Part shown: piece after piece, positions 25,364 through 36,460 of the stretch | How the letters are laid out: each line of letters opens with the position of its first letter | Numbering within the stretch: the first letter of the stretch is position 1 | Position numbers and translations under genes: made by a program | The notes under the pieces: model-generated | The model's input: the letters and a program-made list of their open reading frames with translations, nothing else | What the model was told of the DNA's origin: nothing | The model's database searches: none | Assembly (NCBI RefSeq): GCF_006345805.1 | Contig: NC_043021.1 | Location: 1,550,001-1,614,000 of the forward strand | Length of the DNA: 64,000 bases | Reading direction: 5' to 3' | Source: Octopus sinensis | Taxonomy: Eukaryota

Positions 25364-25779
25364 ATGTATTTTATATATAAGGAAAAAAATTATATACTTT
25401 GTATTTATTTTTCCTTAATTGGTTTTGCATGCTGGCTACTTGATGAAATCTTATATAGATATTACCCTTATATTTTATTTATAAATATATCATCATCATC
25501 ATCATTGTTTAACGTTCATTTTCCATGCTGGCATGGGTTGGACAGTCCGACTGGGGTCTGGGAAGCCAGGAGGCTGCACCAGGCCCCAATCTAATTTGGC
25601 AATGTTTCTACAGATCAGATTGGGGCCTGGTGCAGCCTCCTGGCTTCCCAGATCCCAGTCGAACCGGCCAACCTGTGTGTGTGTGTGTGTGCATAATATA
25701 CTTATGTATTTATCTATCTCTTTATGTGTAAATATGTGTGTGCGTGTGTATTTATGAATAAATGTATGTATATTTGTAG

Positions 25780-25989
25780 ATCACAACATATCTGTATTGT
25801 AACAAATGTCAGAAAGCTTGGGTAGAGCAGGAGCCACAGAACCAACACCCGGATCATGAAGGAACATCAATGGAGTATCCAGGAATCTTCTTGAAAGAAG
25901 AGTTTGTCAGTGCTGAAGAGGAGGAATTCCTGACCAAACAGATCGACATGTCTCCGTTCGTAGATTCCCAATCAGGACGGAGGAAGCAG
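25780..25989 (+). CDS. ALKBH4: ALKBH4 exon 2
   Basis: tttgtag|ITTYLYCNKCQKAW...YPGIFLKEEFVSAEEEEFLTKQIDMSPFVDSQSGRRKQ|gtacgt. Phase 0 at both ends. SQSGRRKQ is conserved. Confidence 0.93.
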
Positions 25990-27401
25990 GTACGTTTTGA
26001 TGTTTTGTTTTTGTCTTTTTCTTATAAAGTAGCCAGGATTGGAGGGGTGGCAGAAGGGGTGTGTGATCTTTGCTGCCCCTTTTCTCAAAGAGACAATATT
26101 GATGTGTTTGTTGTCCAGTCTGAACATCTGTTGGTCAAAGCTTGCAGAGAAAATCTTAAAACAGAGGTAATTAGGTTGTCTGATCTGAACTTTGCTACAC
26201 ACTCATACATCTTCCAATCACATTTGTTGTCTAAGATAAGGATTCACAGAATGATGTGGCTATCACAGAAAGCTCCTCTAATGGATTTGGCTATCACACC
26301 ATAGAGCAGTAATCCAATACTGAGAAATGTAAAGCAGAGTGTTCACACTGCTGAAGTCCAGAAGTTCTGATCGATGAAATTGCCTCATGAGGGTTATATA
26401 AGCCATAAAATGTCAGGAGGTCAGATAGGTGAATATGTTTATTTAACCATTTGACATCCTCAGGTTTATGGCCATTTCACAGCCTTCTTCATATTAGAAA
26501 TAATTAGGGATCCAGAGTTGAATCGTTGGTGTTCTGGTGATCTGATGAGCCTTTTTTTTTAAATATTTGCATTGATTTGTGAATCTACAGTTGTGTTGTA
26601 TAATGCCTAACATGCTTATGTGTGCCCAAAGCCCATCCTCTCCTCACTGTGGTGGGGACACTGGCAACGGGTAGTGTCAGAGCTATGCTGTCGGGAACTT
26701 TGGTTCCTGGTAGGGCCACAACCCGGCAGACGGGGCTCTGGTGAAAATCCTCAGAGTGTCTGCTTTGGCAACTGGCGGTTCCTCAGTCGTTCTGTCCCTG
26801 CATCTGCGGACAATCTGCGGCAAACAGGATGTCTCCACATGTGGGATTGTTGGGGACCGCTTGTGAAATCCACATATTCCCACGAAACTTCTTCCATGAG
26901 TAGAAGAAGCCGACTCAACCCACCCAGGGTGAATTTCACCACAAGTACAAGTAACATGCTTATTAATGCTTCCACATTGAGATTATTATTGTATGAAGGA
27001 GGATGCGAAACGACTGTAAGCCTAAGGATGTCAACTGGTATATTCATCTCTCATACCACATGACAATTCATGGGTTATATGTGTGTGTTTGTATGTACGT
27101 ACTGGGGCTGGTTCATTCAATTAAAAATTCTTCAAGGCATTGCCCCTGCATGGTCGCAGTCCAATGGCGGAAACAAATAAAAGACACTTAACTTCAGCTT
27201 TCCACAATTTGGTGGAGTGTAACAAGGTGCACAACTCTGCAACATTCCAATTGATCTAACTGCAGGGTTAAATTAAAATTCATCCAACTGTAAAGGTTAA
27301 TGATTTAATTATGCCGCTAAGCATTTCACATGGCATCCCAACGATTCTGTCAGCTCGTCGCCTTAAAATAATAATAATAATAATTGGGGGAGCATCATAG
27401 C

Positions 27402-27976
27402 TTAAGTATTATCATGTACATTGTTTTGTCTTGGTATAAAAGATGGGTTACAGCAAATATTCTGCTCAATACCACAGATTTGCTTGTCAGTTGTTTGACC
27501 GTAACCAGTTGAGCATGTCCCTTGGTGGCTGACGATATGTGCATCTCTGATCACGAGCAGAAGTAGTGGGGGAGCATCATAGCCATGTGTTGAGAGGAAT
27601 ACTTTGGGGTTTGGATAATTTACTACTACTACTACTAATAATAATAATAATAGGGGAGCACCATAGCCATGTGTTGAGAGGGATTCTTCGGGGTTTGAAT
27701 AATTCACCTCTGAAAAAATGGGTGTTTCGTTCAACATCCTTAAACAACCCTTATTCAGGGACCTTTTGAGCGGGATGGGTTACTCGAACAGAAGAAAATT
27801 CTAACTGCACCTCACCTGCGAGGTCATGCGCTGTTTATCTTGATATGAGATCACCATGTCGCGCACATATGGTTGTGATGCATGTGCCTGGTGTAGTCAT
27901 GATGGGTATACTGGGCTTTGTATATTTTACCTCAGTGTCACTTTGATGGCATGCTCTGCTCTCTCTCTCTTACTCA
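27402..27976 (+). mobile_element. Second copy of the (TAA)n-associated element, with an internal duplication
   Basis: Reverse complement of 58375-58870. The GGGGAGCAYCATAGC block occurs at about 27386, 27569 and 27653. Confidence 0.75.
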
Positions 27977-29397
27977 ATAATAATAATAAGAAGAAGAATA
28001 ATAATGGTTTCTTTTATTTGCCAACAACACCCGTGTCTTTGAGTTTGCTTGTATCATTTCTCTGGCAATAACATCTGTTAATTACTCTATTAATTAGAGT
28101 TGTGATTGGTAGAACATGGAGAAGATATTGCGAGTGAGAGGTGACAAAAATGAAATTTGCTCTGATGATGATGATGATGATGATAAAGCCATGCTAGCAT
28201 GGAAAATGAATGTTAAATGACAATGATGGTGATGGTGATAATGGCCACAGATTTTGTGGGGAGGAAAAAATAATCCCTAGTATTTTTATTTATCGCATTG
28301 CCCTCCAAAGAGGAAAAGGAAAGTTGACCCCCAAATGGCTGGAACTAAAAACTGCAATTTTTTTGAGCAAGAAAATAATTTACAGAAAAAAAAATGCTAT
28401 ACTTAAAAATATGGAATAGTTTTATTCAGAGTGAATAGTTGAAAATAAAGGAATCCGAGAGGATTGAGGTGGGCGTGTGTGTGTGTGTGTGTGTGTGTGT
28501 GAGCTTCTTACCACACATTCACTCTTGTAGAAAATTTCGTAAAAAGATACCCATTTTTCTGAAAGTTATGAGGAAACAAAGTCGACTCGTGCGCATTTTC
28601 CGAAACCCCTCACCCCCACGCCCGGAAAAACTTTCCAACACAAATTCCAACGCAACCGGGATCTACACGCTCTGAAGCCTATTTGTAGGAAATTTCTTTA
28701 AAAATATCCATTTTTCTAGAAGTTATGAGGAAACAAAGTTTTTTGAGGGACGGGGGGGGGGCACACTTGTATACGTTTGCCTATAGCTAAAAGATTACGC
28801 TGTTGCATGTATCCTTTGTGGGAGTCTAAAGTCCGAGAGGTTTGGCTGTTATTTCTAGCTTGTCTCGGAACTACTTCGAGGCTTGGTTTAAATATAGTTG
28901 TTGTTTAATAAAATAAGGTCGATTCCAAAGCAGATTTATGAAAGACTTTCCAGTTGTGACCATCTCTTTTTTCTTTGACCATCAAGGTAGGGTGTGTCCC
29001 GGATTACGTTATCAAAAGCAACCTTCTTTTTCTAAGACAGTAGATTACAATTTTAGGAAGATTTAGCTTCTATTTCTTGTAATTTGGCTGAGTATCCACA
29101 TAAAAGATTCCCCTGTTAGTTTTAGTCATTGGTAAATTCTGATTGAGCAGGCCTAATATCAAAGACTTTCCAGGACTCTATTACTTAACGTGTCCTTCGT
29201 TTTTAAAACAGTTGCATGTGATTTAAAGCACATGTGACTTCTATTTCTAACAGCTCAGCAACGAACCACATAAGATTGCCCTTCCTCCTTTGCTATGTCA
29301 CTTGGCGAAGGGAAGTAACTCTGCAAGGGAGACAACTCTCGTACTTGTATATGTGTCGCTGAGCGACGCTTTTTTAGCGATTCAAATCCACATTTTT

Positions 29398-29434
29398 CAT
29401 TGGTCAATTCACGTCTCATTGGTCACATGACGTC
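29398..29434 (+). promoter_or_regulatory. Candidate PCED1 proximal promoter: two inverted CCAAT boxes plus E-box/CLEAR-like and CRE-like motifs
   Basis: cATTGGtcaatTCACGTctcATTGGTCACATGACGTC about 230-265 nt upstream of the ATG. GTCACATGAC is one mismatch from CLEAR (GTCACGTGAC) and overlaps TGACGTC. Confidence 0.55.
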
Positions 29435-29663
29435 TCTTGTCTCAACTGACATTTTCTGAAAACACTTTAAACTCTTTACTTGACGACGTAACAATCGATT
29501 TTTTTGAAGAAATTTTATTTTTTTTTGGTGAACCTTTCAAACTGCAACAGACAAAAGTTTAAGCAAAATCAATTACATTTTCACAAATTAAGGGCAAAGA
29601 AAACGAAAAATACCCCTTTTTAAAACTTTTCTGTAGTTCTACAGAGATAGCGATTGAGAGAAA

Positions 29664-30575
29664 ATGGCTGACATATTTTTAAGCCATGACATTAAACGAC
29701 TTCTTAGCGAGAAATTTTTGGTCATTATTGGCGACTCTATCCAGCGAGCCATTTACAAAGACATTGTGTCAATGTTGAGTGACAGAGGAAACAATTTTTA
29801 TCTGACTGACGGCGACATGAGAGTAAAAGGCGAATTATCGTTCAGTGGAGACACTTTGTTGAAAGGCGGCTGTCAAAACGGAATGACGAACGGTATTGAT
29901 TATTGTGAAATCAGACAGTATCGGAACGACTCGTTTTTTATACGATTTTATTTTGTAACACGATGTTTTAACAAAAAAGTTGAAGAAATTCTGGACGATC
30001 TCAAGAAAATTCCCCCTGACATTTTAATAATGAATTCCTGCCTGTGGGACTTGAGCCGCTATGGCGCGAACGGTTGGCCAGCCTACAAAGAGAAACTGAA
30101 GATTCTGTTCGACTCACTCTTGAAGACGCTCAAGCCCAGCTGTCTGGTCATATGGAACAGTACCTTACCAGTCTCTACAGAAGCGTACGGTGGTTTCCTG
30201 GGATCGAAAGCCCGCTCCCAGAAACAGAGACTCCCCAAAGATATACTAGCAGCTAACGAATTCGTCTACAACCTTATAAAGGACTACCCGTTTGATTTTC
30301 TCGACTTGCACTACTTTCTTCGCTACCACAGGCACAGACTGAGTAAAGATGGAATTCACTGGGACATGACGGCTCACCGCCGCATCAGCAATCTCCTCTT
30401 CACACACGTTTCTGAAGCCTGGGGGATCCTTTGCCAGGCCGCGTGCCACCCCAATTCCACCCGTGTCGACTGGACAGCACGAAGGCGGCGTATGGAAGCG
30501 GCGATGCATTCCCATGCATCCACCCCTCTTTGGGCTCAATCTTTACAGGATTCGGCAAAGATAACCAGAAAATGA
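29664..30575 (+). CDS. PCED1: PC-esterase domain protein (PCED1/FAM113, SGNH-like hydrolase), intronless, nested in ALKBH4 intron 2
   Basis: 303-aa ORF with IIGDSIQRAIYKD (GDS nucleophile), YCEIRQY, RFYFVTR, NSCLWD, DLHY and DGIHW (DxxH) motifs. The true C-terminus may continue in the -1 frame to 30799 (see findings). Confidence 0.92.
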   Translation: MADIFLSHDIKRLLSEKFLVIIGDSIQRAIYKDIVSMLSDRGNNFYLTDGDMRVKGELSFSGDTLLKGGCQNGMTNGIDYCEIRQYRNDSFFIRFYFVTRCFNKKVEEILDDLKKIPPDILIMNSCLWDLSRYGANGWPAYKEKLKILFDSLLKTLKPSCLVIWNSTLPVSTEAYGGFLGSKARSQKQRLPKDILAANEFVYNLIKDYPFDFLDLHYFLRYHRHRLSKDGIHWDMTAHRRISNLLFTHVSEAWGILCQAACHPNSTRVDWTARRRRMEAAMHSHASTPLWAQSLQDSAKITRK

Positions 30576-30799
30576 GCACTTTGATAAACAGCTTCCGTGA
30601 AGTGAGCGAACATGTCACATATCGGCGAATGCACGACAATATCCTGTATGGACGAAGGGGCAGGCGAATGCACCACGCCTCGATGAGTCTGGTGTCGAAA
30701 TCCAAGCAGAAAGTGTTGCACACGAGAAGATGCAAGCGTTTAAACTCCACCAACAAACGGTCAAAACGATCGAAAAAACGGAAAAGCGAAAGCAAATAA
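30416..30799 (+). CDS. -1 frame continuation of PCED1 (or a separate AUGA-overlapping 75-aa basic ORF, 30572-30799)
   Basis: The frame opens after a TGA at 30413 and reads ..GDPLPGRVPPQFHP...KVLHTRRCKRLNSTNKRSKRSKKRKSESK*. It is non-repetitive and Lys/Arg-rich at the end. Confidence 0.55.
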   Translation, partial: SLGDPLPGRVPPQFHPCRLDSTKAAYGSGDAFPCIHPSLGSIFTGFGKDNQKMSTLINSFREVSEHVTYRRMHDNILYGRRGRRMHHASMSLVSKSKQKVLHTRRCKRLNSTNKRSKRSKKRKSESK

Positions 30800-33437
30800 C
30801 TTCTTTTTTTCTATCTTTTACTTCATTTGAAAACTTTTTACAGTTTAAATCATATTAATAATGCAACACTTTTATTTTCACAGTTAATTTTTATTTTCGT
30901 AAAGAAAAACAAACCAAAAATAAGGAAAAAGCTAAAACTTTTTTTCACTTAAAAACCCCCCAAAAAACTTATTGAATCCTGAAAACGATGGAACAGTAAC
31001 GTTGAACAATTAATTACTCACCTGTGACGAAGCTCAAAACAAACATCCATGAATATTTCTGTAGTTCGAAGCGCGAACTACGGTTGTGTTCGTCATAATT
31101 ATTATCACTCACCCACCTCATTTATTTTGGCTTTAAACCAAACCAACAATAATTGGTGCTAATTCCATTTTTTTGTAAACTAATTTCTACGACTGGAATG
31201 TCGTTTAAGAATTTTTTTGAAAGTTTCACAATAAAGGTATTACAGAGATAACAGTATAAATATTGTGTGTCTTTTGTGCAAAGGCTGTTTATATTTTTTG
31301 TGATATAGTAAGCTATTGGACTGTGAAGTGTGGCATTCATGCCTTTCCCACCGGTAATAATGCACATGGAGATTGAAAACAGCTGGCGAAGTTTGTTTGT
31401 GTATACATAGAATATACGCACGTGCGTATATTATTTGTTTGTAAATAAATAAGCGCGTGTATAAATAAGGCAGAACTATTTTGGTGTCCCCCAAAATTTG
31501 TTTATAACTTTCTGAAAAATACATTATTAGCGAAATTTTGCAGAGGTGTTTTTGAAAGTGTATATAATGCCGATAGAATTGAGAAAAAAAAATATTTGGC
31601 AAACCGTAACATCGCCAAATATTTTGGGAGAGTTTCAGACCGCTCTTCCCTCTATTCGATTTTGTTGTCATTTTCCTTATTTTAACATTTTTCACTTGTT
31701 TTTTTTTTTTTTCTTTGAGATTTCCGCAGTCGAATCTTGAACACCACATAATCCACATCCCAGAAAATGGTTTTCTGTAAAATATCATTTCACACTATTT
31801 ATTTTAAAGTCGGAAAGGGCCGGAGAAATGGTTTGAAACTCATCCAAAAATCCTTTTTTCAATGGCAAGGGTTAAAATACGTACATCCGGTGTTCAGGGT
31901 TAATGTCGAAGGCGAGTCGTGTGCGTATTATTTACCTCCGCCAAAAGTAATTTTCATAAAATTACGAGGAAGTCGGCGGGGCCTCAAACTGTAGTTATAC
32001 CACATACAGGCACAATGTTTGTTATTGAATTTCAAACACGAAATGTTTGTAAATTGGTTGAGGCATTTCATGAATAAAACCAGTCCATTTGTATTTATAT
32101 TGTCCAAAGTCAAGTGTGTGTATATGCGTAGATTTGGGTATAAATATATTTATATACACGTGTTTGTGTAAATACTGGTTTTTCTGTCTACACGTGGTTG
32201 TGTTTATATATGACATTGTTATAAATTTGTAAGCAGGGCAGCTTCAAGTATTATTGTCTAGTCTCAGGTCTGACCTAACAATTAAAGCCGTTCTATCCGT
32301 GACCGTCCAGTTTACTTAGAGAAATCTACAACAGACATCTGAATTGACTGAGAGTACATTAAATGTTTGCGAAACCGAAACTTTAAAATGAAATTAATGT
32401 TAACAGTCGGGCGGTATTTGATCTCACGTGCGTTCTGCAACAGTTGACTCCATCGCTGCTGAACATCACACACACACACACACACACACTCATTCAGTCT
32501 CTCTCTCTCTCTCACACACTCATTCAGTCTCTCTCTCTCACACACACACACATTGTTCTTCAATCATTTGATTTTTAAGTAGTGTAGAAAAATTAAGATT
32601 GGTATATGCTAAAAACAACAACTAAATCTCCCTTAATCACACTTTTTCGTCTGAAAATGTTTTTTGCTTTCTACCGAAAAGTCTTCTATAGTTTTTAAGT
32701 GCGTCGTACCCAAAGAAATTATGCGAAGTGCCCACAAAATCTCATTGGGGAGGGTTAAAATAAACCATTTTACGAAAAATTATTTGTTCAAAGGATGCTT
32801 CAGCTCCTTTCCAAGGGTACCGTGGGAACCCCTCCCCTGAAAAATCCCTTCAAAACAAACTCCAATTTATGTGGGCGACCTACCCCAGACGTCCGCCAAA
32901 GTATTTAGGCATGGCTGTATGGTAGCTTGCTTCGTAACAACATGCTTCTGTGTTCAATTCCACTGCGTGGCACCTTGGGCAAGTGTCTCCTACTATTGTC
33001 GCGGACCGACCAAAACCCTTGTGAGTGGATTTGGTTGACAAAAAACTGAAGGAAGCTTGTCGCGTGCGTATTACGGAGTGATTTTTGAGGAAGCATTGTG
33101 TGGTGTTACATAGAGGTTTGTGTAAGGCACCTATTCAGGCGAATCCAGGTAGAAAAAAAAGTCATGTAACGCCTTCATATATAAATATGTATTATCAGTT
33201 AATAAACTAATTGAAAATATTTTGTTTAATTACCTTGTTTATGGTACTTTAATAAATCACGACTGACTTGAATATTTTTGTTTGTTTACCTGACTTTCTT
33301 TCCCAGACAAAATTGCGGCATTTTTCTGTGACTTAATTACCAGACACCATGAATTGTTGTGGACTTATTACCGTCTACGGTTTAGACAACATCAGTTTGA
33401 TATGGAGAGTCGGCTCGAACATTTGATCATTATAAAC

Positions 33438-33725
33438 CAGGGGGTTTTCAACCGGGATATAAGATTTTGTGGGTCTACGTAACAAAATTGTAAATAGCAT
33501 TTTAAGGGCCCCTGAAATGATTTTGCTGATATGTATTGCCAGGTTTCTTGCCCTAACATTTTACAGGGTCCAACCTACACAAGTGAATGTGTGAAGAACA
33601 AAATAGGAATTTTGAATGAAATTTCTATAAAACTAGTTTTTAAACATAGAATGGCTGTAGGGGTCCACCAGAATAAAATAGTAATCAAAGGGGTCCATAG
33701 ATAAAAAAATGGTTGAGAACCCCTA
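33438..33725. mobile_element. hAT/Charlie-like MITE; homologous copies at about 8365-8925
   Basis: caggggtttttcaacc ... ggttgagaacccct termini. The body is the reverse complement of 8590-8925. Confidence 0.65.
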
Positions 33726-35731
33726 CTCTAAACAAATTTGTGCAGGTCGTTCGACAGAAGTTGAACTCATTACGTAGTCTTCGACGAGAGAGTCCATCAT
33801 ACAAATAAATATATACACACGCAATCAAAGAGACGTAAATCGAAATGAAATCGTCTCTCGTAGACAGATACAGGCTTCATGTGGATCGGTGTGTGTTGAA
33901 TGTGTATATAAAGTTTCATGTTTTTTGTCCCCACTTATTCTGTCTGTCCTTGTATCGCCCCCTCTGTGTTCGGCCCTTTGTGCCCTAGAAAAAAAAATCA
34001 GTGTGTATATAAAGTTGAAAACTCGCTCCTCACACACATACATATTAGTTTATGTCAACACACTTTATATTTTTCTATTCTCGTCGTCCCCTGTTCGCCA
34101 TGTCTGTCCTTTACATTTCGCCGTTTCATCCCTGTAGCGGTGTCTCCTCCCCGCCACATAGATACAGCTCACGTAATACTAAACAGCGTGTATAATAGAT
34201 ACTGTGTGTAAGGCGGATACAGCCTTTAAAAGCTACAGTGGAGCAGACGGCAATGGAACGAGTTTAGCACCCGATTTACATATTACCAACCTGAAACCAC
34301 GTTGTTCCAAAGCTAATTGCTTGAACCATACAGCCGTGCCTGTGTGTGTGTGTGCTTGAAAACTGGTGTTGGTGTGTTTACGTTCCCATAACTTAGCGGT
34401 TCGGCAAAAAAAGACCGATAAAAAACAAGTGCTAGGCTTGAAAAAAAATTGCTGGGGTCGATTTATTCGACTAAAAAAAACCCTTCAAGGCGGTGCTCCA
34501 GGATGGCCACAGTCTGAAAGGCACCAAAAAGCTGAAACAAATATATATACACATGTATACACACATCTAAAATTTATTGCCTCACAGGAGTTATTTAATA
34601 GTAGAACTTTGACAGTCCAGTCGTGACCATCCAGTCTGTTTTTCTATGTTTGACTTTATTATCTTAGTATACCCTTCATTCACTTTATTTCTTTTTAGAC
34701 AATGACAGTTCAATTGACGGAGATTTGGCTGCTATTTCTAGTTGGATTAACCTCTGTGAAGAGCAAGTGGGAAAGGCCAAGAAGCGGGCCGCATGAGACA
34801 TAACTTATCATTAGGAGGGCCGCACTACTAAAAAAAAATTGAAGATGATTTTTCGTTAGGCCTGTCATTCAGAAAGTCCCGCGGGCCGCAGGTTCAGGTG
34901 TTGAGGCCCACAATAAATATTTGGTACACGGTGTGTGTGTGTGTGTGTTATGGTGGTGGTGGTGGAAATTAGTAGTGGTGGCGATGTTGGTGTTTTTGTA
35001 GACGACCGACAAATAAAAATCATTGAAGCGTGACTAATGGATCAGTAATGGTCATCCCAGAATGAACAACTACAGTCTGGTGAGAGAGTGGTCATGGTGG
35101 GGGGAGGGTGGGGTGAATCTTACTGGACAAAAACAAACTGACCAGAGATAAGTCTGGTGGTTATGACGGTGGTAGTAGTTGTTGCTGGTGGTGGTGGTGG
35201 TGGAGGCGGCGGGTGAGGTAGTGTGGATAGGGGGAGGGTCGGGTGAAGGTGGCAGATTGGCGGCGTCGGTGGTGGTTGGAGTGGAGGAGGCCAGTGCGAC
35301 GGTGTTGGTGCTGGAGATGTCTCCGTAGTGCTTGGGGACGTTGGCGGTAAAGACTTTTCTATATTCGATGTTTTAGTCTATATTGGGTGCGTGTGGGTGT
35401 GTGTATTATTGTTGATGAGGAGGTCAACCCTTACAGACAAGATTTATGGTCGTATTTAGCTCTGACCCCCCCCGCCTCCCCGCCGTCTTTTGTTTATAGG
35501 TTTTGGTTTTGTTTTATTATTTGTTTATTTAATTTTGCACGCATTCCCGTTTGTTCCGTTTTCAAGAGGGTAAGTAGTCTGAGGGGAAAATTCGCTGTTA
35601 TTTCTAGCGGGTCAAACGTCTTTGTAGTGGTCTCCTTATTTTGGTGTCTTTATGGATGCGTGTTTCTGCTTCAGATGCCCTTATCCTCCTCCTCCTCCAC
35701 CTCCTCCTCCTCCTCATCATCATCATCATCA

Positions 35732-35765
<34 letters not shown>

Positions 35766-36279
35766 ACACACACATACACACACACACACACACACACATA
35801 CACACACAGAGGATCGCAAGTATGGCAACGTGGTTAAGAAGCTGGCTTTGTAACCACTTGGTTTCGGGTTCAGTCCTAGGCACGCGGCAAGTGTCTTCTA
35901 TTAGCTCGGGGCCGACCAATGTGTTGCGAGTGAATTTAGTAGACGGAAACTGTGTGGAAGCCTGTCATACATGTGTGTATATGTGTGTGTATATACGATG
36001 TAGTTGTCTCTCTCACCACTTGATAACTGGTGTTTGTCCCCCGTAACTTAGCGGTTCGGCAAAAGACTCGACAGAATAACTTCTAAAATCCAACTCTTCA
36101 GCCCTCACAAGACTCTGCCACATTTGATAACGGTTTCTTCGCATTGACTCTCACAGCCTCGAGATTTCGATGACGTGATTGTTTTATTTTAAGAAGGACA
36201 TTGCAGGGTAGGTGTGAGAGGCTGGATCTGGCCAGTTTGGATACAAAAGCAGGATATGGCCGGTGGGGTCTCTTTCTTC

Positions 36280-36460
36280 GGTACTACTTAAGAAGAGTGG
36301 TCCCGGTGCGCGCACTCGCGCATCCGCGCTAGCTAGTCGTGACTAGTCGATCCTTTGTGTTTTATTTACTTTGCTAGGTAGTCGTAGGATCGACTAGTCA
36401 CGACTAGCTAGCGCGGATACGCGAGTGCGCGCACCGGGACCACTCTTTTTATGTAGTACC
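36280..36460. mobile_element. 181-bp palindromic CpG-rich MITE with a 4-bp CTTC target-site duplication; older relative at about 21607-21830
   Basis: About 75-bp arms ggtactac..agtggtcccggtgcgcgcactcgcgcatccgcgctagctagtcgtgactagtcgatcct. CTTC at 36276-36279 and 36461-36464. Confidence 0.85.

Noticed and set aside
25990-26304. ORF-track continuation of ALKBH4 exon 2 as the main protein
   Set aside because: Homology continues as DYGPKVNF at 38397 after a canonical GT donor at 25990.
31020-31085. SECIS-like GTGA..AAA..TGAA and gtagttcg/cgaactac hairpin downstream of the PCED1 TGA
   Set aside because: Helix II does not pair, and read-through of the TGA at 30573 meets another TGA three codons later.
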